Assembly (NCBI GenBank): GCA_046563655.1 | Contig: CM102288.1 | Coordinates: 5,394,001 to 5,458,000 of the forward strand | DNA from: Yuukianura sp. NJ FZ-2021 | Taxonomy: Eukaryota | Direction of reading: 5' to 3' | Length of the DNA: 64,000 bases | Shown here: piece by piece, positions 12,803 through 26,600 of the stretch | Position numbering within the stretch: position 1 is the first letter of the stretch | Layout: each line of letters opens with the position of its first letter | Notes under the pieces: model-generated | Database searches by the model: none | Seen by the model: only the letters and a program-made list of their open reading frames with translations | What the model was told of the DNA's origin: nothing | Program-made: the position numbers and the translations under genes

Positions 12803-13677
12803 ACTTGCCGCCATTGGGAACTTTGACTACAATTTGAAATTGAAAATATTGGAGGCAAAGGCAGGATTAGTACTTATGTAATTTCAGTCTCTTAGATTGG
12901 TTATGTTTTGTATTTAAGAGATTAATAGCCTTGTGTAAATAAGGCTTTTGTTTACTGACGAGGGAACATTCACAACCTGTCGTCGAGTTTTTGAATTTAA
13001 AAAATACAGTCATATTCTGTATGCCAAAAGAAAATATGATTTAAGTGAGGTTGGTTGGTACTAATTAGGAAACCAATGAGATATGTGGGAGTAAGTAGCG
13101 AATTGATAAGATGTGTGGTTTAAAAGGCGGAAGACGCTTTACATCATCGTCATGTGCTATTTTTAAATCTTGGTTGAAAAGAATTAATTTGTACACATGT
13201 AACCACCTCCATCAATTGAAATTGAATCCACCGAGTGGGTGGTCACGGAACTCATTTTGTTAACTTCTCGCACCAATTATAACCGTAACTACTTACTCAA
13301 TGTAACTATTGGGTGGTTACAATAATTGTTATAATTATTATGACGCAGTGGTGTCCAGTTCAGCGATTACAGAAGTCCTGCACCAACATTACTGCAACCC
13401 AAGGCATTTCTTCACAGCTGGTTTACGGTGAATCTGACTAATGGTCACCCTTCTAGCCTCACAAAACGAAACTCTCTACTGGGAAATAACAATAAAAAGT
13501 GAAACCATTTATGCTGGAAGAATTAATCGACAATGCCCATAAATGCAATTAAATTCTAATGCGAGTATTTTTGTAATGGGAATTTACTGTGAATGAAAAA
13601 CGAAAATTGCACAAGTGGGGATTGCTAATCCTAAGATAAGAGATGAGTGTAGTGTAAAGTATGTAACTGCTTGGCAG

Positions 13678-14158
13678 TATGATTACGCGCTTAGGCTTAT
13701 GTCTCTCGCAGACTTTTTTTCTTTTTGTTTAGCGGTCGGCACTTTTCGCACCTTTCGCTCACCTCTTTCGCAGACTTGATCCATTTAACTTTAAACTACA
13801 TAAAACCCGTTTTAAACTCTACTGTCATTAAAGTTTAAGTGAAATAGTTGTCAGTGAAGAAAAACTAGCTGAATTAATTTGACCCTTTGGCAAAATTGGA
13901 ATAATAAAAACTTAATAAATACTATAATAAATAAAAAAAATCTTTTTTAGATAACTGCCTAATTTGTTTTTCTTCGCGGTTCGTAAAATCTAACAAACGT
14001 AAACTTTAACCAAAACATATTTAAAACGGGTTTTGTGCAGTTTAAAGTTAAATGGATCAAGTCTGCGAAAGAGGTGAGCGAAAGGTGCGAAAAGTGCCGA
14101 CCGCTAAACAAAAAGAAAAAAAGTCTGCGAGAGACATAAGCCTAAGCGCGTAATCATA
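13678..14158. mobile_element. Young MITE with ~140 bp TIRs and 8-bp TSD, upstream of VPS13
   Basis: TATGATTACGCGCTTAGGC... / ...GCCTAAGCGCGTAATCATA near-perfect long TIRs; direct repeat CTTGGCAG at 13670-13677 and 14159-14166. Confidence 0.85.
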
Positions 14159-14660
14159 CTTGGCAGTCTCGTAGTAAGTGGTTGAATTGTTGTTTTTTTC
14201 ATGCATATTGTGGAAATTAATTGTTAGGGGAGTTGTTTTGTTTTCAAACAAGTGAAACACCGGAACAAACAAAAACAAAAAGCTGACTTTTGGAATAAAA
14301 TCATAGAACAGGTAATAACATAACATGACATTTATAAGACCAATATTGTTGTACTGGCATTTGGCGTATTATCGTTTTTCCTCTCCAATTTGTATTCTCT
14401 TGATTTTGATTTTTCAAAATTGAAGCCGAAGTGGAGTGATTTACATGTTGATGTTTTTATGTTTTTAGGTTAGTAGATTAGGAATAAGTGAAACTGCGTT
14501 GTGCTGAGCCTGGACGACGCATCAATCGTCACAAGGTCACATGTGATGTGGAGGACGGCGAGGTGCTGAAGTTGGTGACCCCAGTCCAATCGCGCAATCA
14601 TCCGGAGAGTGGAATAGTTTGTGACGGTCAACGCGCCGGACTAGAGGAACCAATTTAACC

Positions 14661-17600
14661 ATGGTTTTCGAAAGTATAGTCGTTGACCTGCTCAACCGAA
14701 TCCTAGGAAGTTATTTTGAAAACTTGGATACTTCACAACTTAAACTCGGAATATGGGGAGGTACGTTATCCTAAATGTCCAGCAAGCTTAGCTAAAAACG
14801 TTTTGCAACTAAAGTTCTTACTATTGGTCACGTTTTTGCTCTTCAGGAGACGCAGTGCTTCGAGACCTGGTACTCAAGACTTCTGCCATGGACGACCTAG
14901 GACTTCCGTTCAAAGTCGTCATAGGAAAATTAGGTAACAAAAACAGCACTCAGACTCACACTGCGCCATTAACATTAATCGATCTAGTCGTTTGTATATT
15001 GGATATTACTTAATTCTTCAATTACTAGGGAATTTGACCATGCGTATCCCATGGCAGAGTCTTTACACCGCCCCCGTGGAATTGGATTTGAAGAACCTAT
15101 ATCTACTAGTAGTGCCTTCTTACGCAGTGGCTTACAATGCAGAACAAGAGGAAATTGCAATTCAGGCTCGAAAGCAAGCCGAAATTGCACGAATTGATGA
15201 GCTAAGGAAGCACGAACAACTGAAAAAAGCAGGCAATACACCTTACCCTTTACCTTTCTGTGGCTTGTCACATGAAAAACGTTTTTTATGCTGCCCCTTG
15301 CAGGAACCGTTGAAGCTCCACAAGCAGACACCTTCACGGAAAAGTTGATCACTCAGATAATCAAGAACGTCCAAATTCGGATAGAATCGATTCACATTCG
15401 ATACGAAGATGGAGTCACAATTCCTAAGAGTCCTTTTGCATTTGGAGCCGTTTTGAAAAACTTGAATGTTCAAACAACAGATGAGAACTGGCATTTAGCC
15501 ATCATCACGGAAACGGTCAACATTATTCACAAATTGGCTAAATTGGAGGGACTTTCGGTGTATTGGAATTCAAACACAACTCTAATTAGTCATCTCACAG
15601 ACAAGGCTATGATGCTTCAAAACTTGCAAGAATTTGTTCAGTCAGATGCCTTACTTACACACGGTAATCAAGGATACATTATCTTTTGTTTTAAATTCAT
15701 TCTATTAGTTGACTAATTAGTAATTCATTTTTGTCTCCAGTCGTTGGTCCAATTTCATCCGAAGGAAAAGTGAAATTAACACCGAGTCCGGAGAAATTGA
15801 AATTCGCCCATTCTAAATTCGTGGTAGACGTTGACATGAAGGAGTTGGCTATTGGTAAATCATTGAAAAATCCACGGTTATTATAATAACGCATAACAAC
15901 ATATAACAACATATTGCCAACATATTGCCAACATATTGCCAACATATTGACAACATATTGCCAACATATTGCCAACATATTGCCAACATATTGACAACAT
16001 ATTGCCAACATATTGCCAACATATTGACAACATATTGCCAACATATTGACAACATATTGCCAACATATTGACAACATATTGCCAACATATTGACAACATA
16101 TTGCCAACATATTGACAACATATTGACAACATATTGACAACATATTGCCAACATATTGACAACATATTGCCAACATATTGACAACATATTGCCAACATAT
16201 TGACAACATATTGCCAACATGTTGCATATTACATTTTGCCATATTACATGAAATTGGGGGGAACACATCTCCGCGCTTTCCCGGGAGGGGGCGGGAAAGT
16301 GCGGGGAACACGCCCCCACTCCCCCCGAAAAGGGTGGGAAAGTGGGAGGAACACAGCCCCGCTCACCCTTGGAGGGGGGGGGGGGGCTTCAGTGTGATTT
16401 ACAAAACTGCCCTATTCTTCGCTATTATCTTTATCATTATGGGCGGTTTACAACCGGTTTATTTCAAATTAGGCGCACGAATTGAAACGTATTCTTCATT
16501 AGTTTGGATTTTCACATTCCGTTTGTATCTTGTTGTGTTGTTTGTGTTTAGGATTGACGAATCGGCAGTTTCAAGATGCAATGTCCTTGGCTGAGGCGCT
16601 AGACTTCATGTCACGGGCATCACATTACCGAAAATATCGCCCTCCCTTCACTGAACATAAGGGACACTACAAAGAGTGGTAAGAGCATCAGCTAAACATC
16701 AACCAAAGATAAAACCTCACAATCGAACTAACAGCCTAAAAACTTAACCTAATCTAAACCTAACGTTACTACATCGTCGATTGGTTGATACTGACACTGG
16801 AGTGACATTTTTTGTTGTAAACTAGGTGGAAGTTTGCCTATCGTTGTATCGTGGAAGAAGACGTGAGAAGGCGACAACTCAACTGGGACTGGCAACACAT
16901 CAAGCAGCACCGTCAGCTAGTCAAGGTTTATGCCGATGTGAGTTTGAAACGAACTTTAACCTCAAGAGTTTCAAAAAACATTCTTTTCAAAAAAGTTTTT
17001 TTTTTTTCAAAATTTCAAAAAAATGTTTTGCTTTGTTTAGGTTTACTACCAGAAATTGACCAATACCAACAAGAAATTGAAACCGGAGATTGACGCCAAG
17101 ATTCTTCAGTGTGAAAAGGCTTTGGACGTGTTCAACATCACTCTCGTGCGGAAACAAGTTGAAGTGAAAGTGGATCGGACCGTGAAAAAGCCTGAACCAG
17201 AAAAGAAAGGCTGGTTTAGCGGATGGTTCGGAGGAGGCGGTGGAACAGGAACTCAGGATACTGGAACTTCCACTACAGCTGACATTGCTAAAAAGTTTGA
17301 AGAAGCGCTTACGCCTGAAGAGAAGGCCAAACTGTACGATGCCATTGACTACTCCGAGGGAGCAGCTCCTGTCGACTATCCCCACACGTATCTAGCTTAT
17401 GTTCTGCAGTTCCATCTTCATCGTTTGAGATGTATCATCCGAGATGTTTCTGGAAAAAGAATGCCAGAAGAGAAGATTCTTGACCTTCAAATAGCCAACG
17501 TCGAGCATTCGTAAGTACAAAAATATTTGCAGATTGCACATTTATTTGCGAAATCCACGTTAGCCGTTCACTTTCTGTAGATTTTGAAAAAGTTAGAAGT

Positions 17601-20600
17601 TGAAAATTCAAAAATTTTTTGGTTGTGTTGATTTTGAATTTTGTTCTCATTGGTTGCAGGATTTCAACGCGGCCTTATAAAAATGGACTGAAACTGGATT
17701 TGACAATGGGAAGTATAGAGGCAATTGGAGTTCAGCGATCGGAAGCATCTCCACCAAATTTGATTTCTTCAACTTCTACTGGTGTGGGAGGCCAACTTGT
17801 AGAAGCATCGTTTGAAACAAGTCCACTCACTTCCACTGCCAGTCAAAAAATATCTGTGAGTCTTGCCCCAGTGGAAATCGTCTACCACTCCAAAACGATC
17901 ATCGAACTCGTTCGATGCTTCACTCTTCCGACAGAAATGCAGCTCAGCAAGTAAGCATTTAAAAATAGATACTCAAAAACGTCACAATGTAGCCACACCG
18001 GCCGTCTTGTGTGGCTACAATAGGCGGCTATAGCTGAGTGGCAACATTTTTAGCAACTTAAAACGGCGACATTTTTTTTTGAAACTTTTCAGATTGCAAG
18101 CGGCTACAGTGGCAACGATAAACGAATGGAGAGAGCAATCTGCAGCAGGACTTCAACATCTCATTGAAACCCGAGGAGAAATTGATATCAACATTCACTT
18201 CCTTGCGCCTTATTTTCTTATACCGCAAGGCGGAGCCTTATCGTAATGAGAAATACATTTTTGGAAAAATTTTGACATTTTTGGAAAAATTATTCTTTTT
18301 TTTTTATAGCAAAAATGGAAGCATTTTGGTCTTTGACCTTGGCGAGATCAGTGTGAAGACGAAACCACGCGTTCGTGAAAAGTTGGACAAGAGTGAACAG
18401 GCCAAGAAAACAAAGGAAGAGATTCGTCAGGAAGTGATTGACAAAAGTTACGACTCGTTTCTCGTCAAGCTAAAAGATTTCCAGGTTCTTCTGGCTCTGC
18501 CCGGTGACAACTTCAGAGCAGCGATTCAGAAGAGTTCAGCTGTAGCGAAGACGCAATCTACAGGAACAGGAATGGAACTGATCAAGTCACAAGAATTTGT
18601 TGTCCAACTGGACCAATGTCTGGTTCAAGATGACCCGCAACTGCCCAAGTTCAAAATTTCAGCGTCTCTGCCACTCATTGACCTAGTCATCACGGAGTAC
18701 CGGTTACTGGAACTTCTCAAATTGTTAGTCACACTTCCGTTTCCAAAGTCTGCTCCGCCTGTCGCCACCGACACTGGGGTAACGTCTTTGGATTTTCTAA
18801 AATTAGATTTTGGATTTTGAAAAATTTTAGATTCAACATTTTTCAAAATCAAAATGTTTCTTTTTATTTTGTTTCTGATTGGTGGAACAGCTGTCTCATG
18901 ATGCGGGATTGGCGGAATCCGTGGCAGTGACGAGAATAGCTTACGCTGAAATCACAAAACGAAAAGAAGACGACGTTGTGCAATTTACTGAAATAATTCT
19001 CATCTTTCGCATTGAGTGTAAGTAAAAGTGAATTGACTGTTGAGGTAAGGTTTAACTAGCGTTTTGTAGCCATACTGTATGGCTGCGTGCACCAGCAACC
19101 TTGAGTGGCTACGCCTCGACCTCGGTGGCAACATTTGTCGTCGTGCTAGTGCTAGCCATAACCAATCCTACTCTAAGGTGGCAACATTAGTAGCCGCATA
19201 GCATAGCCAGCCGCTTTAACAACAAAGTGGGCTACACTGTAGGGCTACAATGACGCTCGTTAAGCCTTCCCCTAACCGAATTTTGAATTGTTTCAGCTGG
19301 TGTTCTGGAAATGGTCTTTTTTTTTCGATTTCAGTCATTCGAGTAAAGATAAACCGTGGGAGCAAAGGGAACGTGCTTATGCCATTGGCTGATTTTGAAT
19401 TACGTAATCTAGAAGCCAAATTGACACAAAAAACGTACGGACTAGGAATTGACGTTGTGGTTGGTGGATTGATGCTCATCGCTTCCAGCCACTCAGCTCC
19501 TGGATTAGCCAAAGGTCAACTGTATCTTCTCAGAACTCCTATGACCGAAGAGCATCTTCTCCAAATTACGTTTTTCTCGGTAAGTTAAGTTAGTTACCGA
19601 TTGATGAAAATGAATTTAAAAAAAAACGATTACACTCGATTCAATTTTCTCGTAGATTTCATCCGATTGTCCACCGAAGTTTGCGACTAAAGTGAAACAG
19701 TCGATCAGGTGTGACGTCAGTACTGTGGATGTACTGCTGCATCAAGAAGCCATTCGCACTCTGCTGAATTTTACATATCAAATTCTGGATTCTTTTCAAA
19801 GCGCCGTGGAAACTTCAGACTCTGTGTCAACCGTGGGACCTTCACCGTCAGTCTACGTTATGAAAAAAGAGGACAAGAAGCAACGTAAGAACGAATAACG
19901 TTAAAATTCAACACATGATGTTGACAAATTTTGAAATTTGAAAAAGTTTAAGTTTTCGCCTTTTTTTTTGTGAGTTTGATTTTAATTTGTTCTGTTTCCA
20001 GTGTCCACGTTTCAAGCGACAAGGAATGCTGTGGCCAAGAAGCATCAAGACACAAAGGACATTTTGCTTGAGTTCAAAGCTCACCTTCATCGCCTCACTG
20101 TCCAACTGTCAACCGAAAACAAAAATATACTTCGCCTCGTACTTGGAAAACTGTAAGAACTGAAAAATGTTTCGTTTTTTGAAAATTTGTATTTTGCTTA
20201 CTTTCATGTTTTTGTTGTTTTTGTCACGTTTTGACTTTTTTCATTTTGCTTCCAGCGACTTGTCCTATGAGCAGCGGCCAAAGAAGTCCATCATGTCAAT
20301 GGAACTGACGGAGATGGATCTGCTCAACTTGGATCCCGCCGGTTTCTACCGCAATATTGTGTCTCAGGAACTGGAGAAAGTCATTTACGTTCAACTGAAG
20401 ATGTACGATGAAGGGACTTCCGGCGCAGGCTACCACGACGTTACTCAGTACGACATGAAACTCAAAGTGGAAACTGGAAGTCCGCGCATAGTCTTCCTCA
20501 ATCCGTTTCTGGATGAGGTCATGACCTTCGTCGATAAGTTTCAGGCAGCCAAGGAATCTGTCATGGCTGCTTCAGTGGCTGCGGCTGGAAAGGCAAAGGA

Positions 20601-23600
20601 GGGAGTGGAACAAGCTTATTCGGTAAGAATGTGAAATTATTCATTTTAGAATTCATTATTTTTTGTATGAGTTTATCTATTTTTGGCCTGATTGTTGTAG
20701 ACTGGAACGAGAGCGCTGATTGACATTGAGTTCAAGGCTCCCCATATCATAATTCCGAGAAACCCTCAGAGTCCAACTGGATTCATTGCATATCTTGGTC
20801 ATTTGTCGGTGAAGAACAGTTTTAAGGAGATGGTTGCAGGGTCCACTGGAAACAAAGTCATTTTGGATGACATTCAGACTGTTCTTACTGAAATGAAGAT
20901 GTCTCGAATCATCATGGACAAGGAAACACAGAAACCGATTGCGGAGTGTTCTATTCTGGATCCAGTCACTCTTCGGCTCAACATTCAAAGGAATTTGGGT
21001 GTGGCAGCGTACCCCGAAATTCCAGCGATTCAAATCAAAGGAGAGATGGCGAGCACTTCCGTAAGAAAAATTGGGCAAAACATATGACTTTCCTAATCTA
21101 CTTAAAAAAATTGTTTAAAAAAATTATTAGTTTTCTAATATATTCAAGTATGCTGACGAGTTTTGTTTTTTGACAACCCAGATTCGATGCAGCAGTGAAG
21201 ACTACGCCGTGCTGATGGCTTCGCTAACGGAGAATATTTCGAGTAAAAGTCCAGAAGCAGGGAAAATTGAAACTACGCCACCACCACCGACAACTCGAGT
21301 TGAAGGAAAAACAAAAGCCCTTGTATCTAGACAAGGTAAAATTGAAATTGTGAACTTTTTAAAAAAAAATGTGTTTTTTAAAAACGAGTTTGAATTTTGT
21401 AGCTTCGAGAATTCGGGGCGAGAGTGAAGCGAGTGGAGGAGCTGTGGAGGTGGTGCCTCTCGTTCCTGCTAAGAAGGATGATGCTGTTCACTGCAACTTC
21501 AAACTGGAGCTGGTCATGGAACAAACGAGTCTTGTTCTCTACGAAGGCTCGTCACATTTAGTATGAATTAATTATTTATTTATATACGTTTTATATATTT
21601 ATTTATATACGTTTTATATATTTATATATTTATTTTAACTTTTGCTAGTCTCAGATTTTTATGTCATGACTGTTATGTTTAATTTCAGGAAGGGAAGCAA
21701 GGTGTGATTGTTCGAAGCGCCAAAACAGCTTTTGCAAGATTTACAATCGCAAATATTGATGTCGGAGTTCTGATGTACACAAATGGGAACATGACTTGCA
21801 CCACGGTAAGTTTTTGAAATTTTTTTGAAATATGAAATCCATTCTCAAATTCAGAATTTCAGAAAACATTCAGAGTCTGAATGAAAGTTTTTTGTTTTTT
21901 TGTTATTTTTCAAAATTATTTTGATCTGACGGTAGGGAATTGGAAGCATTTCATTGGAGGATGTTCGACCAGGAGACAGACAAATTACGAATCTCATCAG
22001 AAGGAGATCTGCTAACGGTAGAGAACCGGATTCCGTACTGGCTGAATCGCTGATCAGCGTCAACTATCGATCTGAACCTGCTACCAAACAAGGAAACACT
22101 GGTAAAAACTTTGAGTTTTGCTAACTCCATAGCCTACCGCGATTTTTTTAAATGTAACTTTTCATTTTCTTTTTCAATTTTCTGTTTAGTAATTATCGAA
22201 ATTACGGGAATGACGTTTGTGCTGTGTCTGGAGTACTTGTATCGACTGGTGGGATTCTTCACGTCCAAGGCAGATGGAGGACCAGAACAAGAAAAAACTA
22301 AGCACGACGAGTTGGTTTCCTCAGGAGGTAACTAAAAAGTTTTTTGTTTTTAGTTTTAAAATGGTTGTCGTTTTTTCTAAAATCTTGAGGTTCAGCGATT
22401 CCTTAACAGTTAAAACAATTTTTGATTCATCAGAGGGCGGAACCGTTCGTGAGATTACTCCACCGAGGCCGAAAGTCGATGGAAGCGGAGATGGAAACGC
22501 TGAAAGCGAACAACCTTTTCGTGTTTTCTTAACTATGGGAGAAACTGACTTGATTTTGGTTGAAACCGTGGAAAGGCTGGACACGAATGGACTTCTGCTA
22601 AATGTAAGAAGCTATTTTTTTAAATTGTAAAACTGACGAATGAATTTTGAAAAATTTGCATTTTATTTCAGTGTGAATTATCCATGCGACAGACGGCAGA
22701 AGGTGGAAAAACAAACTTGATGTGTGCAATGAACAAAATTCGACTCTCAACCTGCAAATATGATCCTGAAACGCGTGACAACTCCTTGGCAGAGGTATGT
22801 AAAATTCCACAATTCTGAATTCGAAACAATTAGTTTGAAAAGTAATGTTTCGTTTTATGTTTATAGGTAATTAGTCCGATGTCAATCACACTCGTAATGA
22901 ACACTACTGTGGAAGGAACACAAATTGATATTAACATTTCTGATATTTACATTCGGCTAACTGCTGGTAAGCTCAATTCCTGTTTATCAGCAAAAATGAT
23001 ATTTTTACCTCCTATTTTGAACTATTCTGAGGATTCCGAAAAAAATTCAGATGATTTAGAGTTTTCAGTGGATTCAGCGGATTAGTCGGGTCCCTTTTCA
23101 AATTCTTTTTAAATTCAAATTGTAAATGTTTCTAGGTACGCTGGAACTTCTCATTAAAATTGTGACTACAAGTCTGCAGACGGGAAATGGTGATGCTGCT
23201 GGTGGAGACGCCATTGACTGGACAAATGTTTGGAATTTGAAACCTAACAGAGAATGCAACTTTTGGTTTTTGGATCCGGGTAAGAATTTATTCATAAGAC
23301 AATAAGCGAATTGAACTCTATCAGATGCTTAGTGTATTAATTTATGTATTAATGTAATTTTACAATTTGTTTCTACGACCTTTCAGACGTGAATGTGGAA
23401 TTGGGCGTGGATGCTCTAGTGACAACAACTTCTCCGGAAGATACAGTTCGTCTCTTTGACCAAGTTGATGACATTGTGAAGAAGGAACGGTTAGTTCTGG
23501 AGTCGGGATGCATTGTACTTACTTTTGAAACTGGATCTGGAACGAATACTACTCCCGTGTTACTCATTGAATCTGATATTGACATGCAGATTTTTGACTG

Positions 23601-26600
23601 GTCTCAAAAAGTAATTTTTTTCACTTTTGAAATGAATTCACAACGTTTTTTTTTTGAGTTTTGAAAGCGTTCGAGAAGGAGAGCTTTGCTGAGCAGAGCT
23701 GGTTCCAACCTAACCGTTTTTGTGTTTTGCAATTTCAGTTACAAATGGCGGGCAGAATGAAGCTGGAAGCGGCTTACTACAATGCAGTCTACGGCATGTG
23801 GGAATTTTTAATTGAGCCGGTTGAGACACGGCATCACGGCAAAGTGTCCCACCGACCGTGGGAACTCTTCTTTGAGTACAACACTGTTGAATGTACTTCC
23901 GCCACTATAAGAAATCGACCTGGTCAGAACAGGCCGTCGGGAGACGAAGACGACGACGTTGACATCAAGGAAGAGTTGGACAAAACTCCCACCTACATGT
24001 CACTCAACCTCCAGTCAAACGTAAGTTGAACGTTTTTTTGAAAAGTTTTAAAAAGAAAAGAATCAGAATTCGAAAAAATTCAAAATATATTTCGTTTTTG
24101 TAGGACATTTTGGAACTGACTGTGACGAAAACGGCACTGGATGTTGTGAACATGTTGGTTGCGGATTTCAATGAAGCTGTAAAGGCATTAGTATCGCAAA
24201 GAGAAGTCATGACCTCGCCGTACGTCGTCACAAATGACCTTGGTGTGGATGTGAAGTTGGACTTCCGGTCAAGTCCTTTTACACTTATGAGGAAAGGTCA
24301 ACTGTATGAAGAGGCGCTGCTCAAGCCTGGAACTTCACTAAACTTGACACTGGCCGACAACTTTGACATGACGACGCGACATACTTCGATTCTCAAAGAA
24401 CAGGAAGGCAGAGAGGAGCGACTACTCAGGATTACGGTAAGATTCAACCAAATTCAAATCTTACCGCCAAGATTTGATGTTTGGAATTTTCAAATTTTTG
24501 AAATTGGAATCAAATTCAACTTTGAAAAAGTTTTTCTTGAGTAATCTGCAGCAATTTTTGTTTTTAGGTTGACGAATTTGAGTTTTCGGCGGAGGTTCCC
24601 GTGAACCGAGCGGACAAACGATATTATCCTCTGAAGAAAACGCTTCATGGAGAGCCACAAGCGATTCTCTGCGACACTTCTGTCAACGGAACGGCCAAAG
24701 TTGTGGCAATTCGCGGTGTGGTGGAGGTCGTGAATCACTTGAAAGTGGACGTGGACGTGTACTATCTGAGTGACGATGGGAACTCAATGCTTTTGGCCGG
24801 AACGGCCAAAAGTGGTCACCCATTCAATCTCCCCATAACTGCCATCTATACAACGTCAAGTGAGTTGTACTTTGCCCCTCAGGGGTACAATGTCGCCAGT
24901 TTGGCCACAATCTGGAGTGTTCTGCTCCGTGACAAGGAAGGATTTACGAGTCAACTGGTCTGTCGAGAGAAGGGGAGTGTTGGACAGGGCTCTGAGTTCC
25001 ACATGAAAGTGATTGGCGAAATGAAGGAAACGCTTTTTGAGGGAACAAATCGGACGTCGCCGAAGAGTCGATGCTGCTACATCCATCTCAAAGCGCCTTT
25101 GATCATCAATAACATGCTGCCAGTTGACCTCGACTTTAGTATGAACGAGACTTCGACGTCTGTGAGGTCAGCGGCCAAAGGTCACTCGATCCAGGTTCCT
25201 GACATGGCAGTTGACAAGAATAAGGAGTTTACAATCTACCTAAAGGTGGGAATGCTCATTTTGTATTACGAACAAAGTTTTTTTGAAAACTTTTTTTTTT
25301 TTGAACTTTTTTGGTTTTCAGATTCCGTCGTATGAGAACCAGTCCTGGAAGGCGATGATCGAAGTGACGAAGACAACGCCCGAGTTGTCCCCGTGGTTGT
25401 TCGTGTCGAATGAGAACAAGGACAACACTATGTACTTGGGAATCCACAAAGACACGTCGGATGAGAGCCTGACACTCCATGTGTACTCGCCGTTCTGGAT
25501 GATAAACCGAACTGGATTGACGCTGGCGTATCACGTAGGTACTTCTGGGAAGTGGGAGTGTGAGTGCTGGGGAGTGCGTGACCTTTTGACCTCTAGTGTT
25601 TGTGTTTGTTGTGGGCCACAGGCCGAGGATCACAAGGACATGACTGCACTAATCCACAGACCGGATCAGAATCCGCTCCTGTTTTCATTCAGAGGAAAGT
25701 CGTTTTTTAGCAAGAAAAAGGCAGTGGTGAGAGTGGAGGACGAAAGTGATTGGTCGACGAAGTTTCCCGTTGATGTCGCCGGAAGCTGTGGCTCAGTGAC
25801 GTGTAAATCACCGATGATGGAATTCGAGGTAAGCAAAATTTGAACATATTTTATACAAAAACATTGTGAAAACAGTTACCGTAATTTGCTGTTTTATAAT
25901 TTAGGAATTTCATAAAATTTTGAATCTTCTTCTTATGTACGTGATGACTAATTCTGTGAATTGTCGTCTTTTACAGATTGGAATCGAGATTGTGCTGTCT
26001 GGATGGGGACTGACTAAAACCGTGATTTTTACTCCGCGCTACTACTTGATAAATCAATGTCCATACATTGTGGAAGTGACGGAAGCGGAGAAAGAGGGGT
26101 CAAAGGTCAAGATACTGCCGAAGAGCTGTATTCCGTTTTGGCCCAAGAGTCAAACCGCTCAACTCGTTCTACGGATTGACAACACAAATGAGTTCAGCAA
26201 ACGATTCTCGTACGAAAAATCGGACGAGATTTTGTTACAGCTTGCAAACAAGGTTAGACGATTTTCTGACGTTTTCTTCTGAGGAGAACGTTTTTTAAAC
26301 GTTTTTTCTTTAAAGTTTTGTTTCAAATGTTTTTGTGTTTGGCAGTTTGGTGGAGTTCACGTTGATGTTCACATTACGGAAGCCAGTCATCTGATCACGT
26401 TGACGGAGTTTGCTGCTGGACATGCCGCAGTGCTCATCGTTAACGACACTTTGGACAGCTCTGTTGAATTCTGGGACAAGGGAGCAGAAAATTTCAAGTA
26501 AGAATGAATTGTCTTACTTATTGCGAATTGAAGTTTTAGATACTAGGTTTGTCTTTAGTTTGGATTTTGGAAAAATTTAGAATGTTTGGTTTTCAGACGA

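Noticed and set aside
15664..15740. Possible non-canonical (GA or U12-like TTATCTTT) donor in VPS13
   Set aside because: A canonical in-phase G|GTAATC donor exists at 15664.
15697..16319. Repetitive Cys/Trp-rich ORFs ([11 protein letters not shown]...) and a CRISPR-like appearance
   Set aside because: Translation of an 11-bp intronic minisatellite with no spacers; the context is eukaryotic and has no cas genes.
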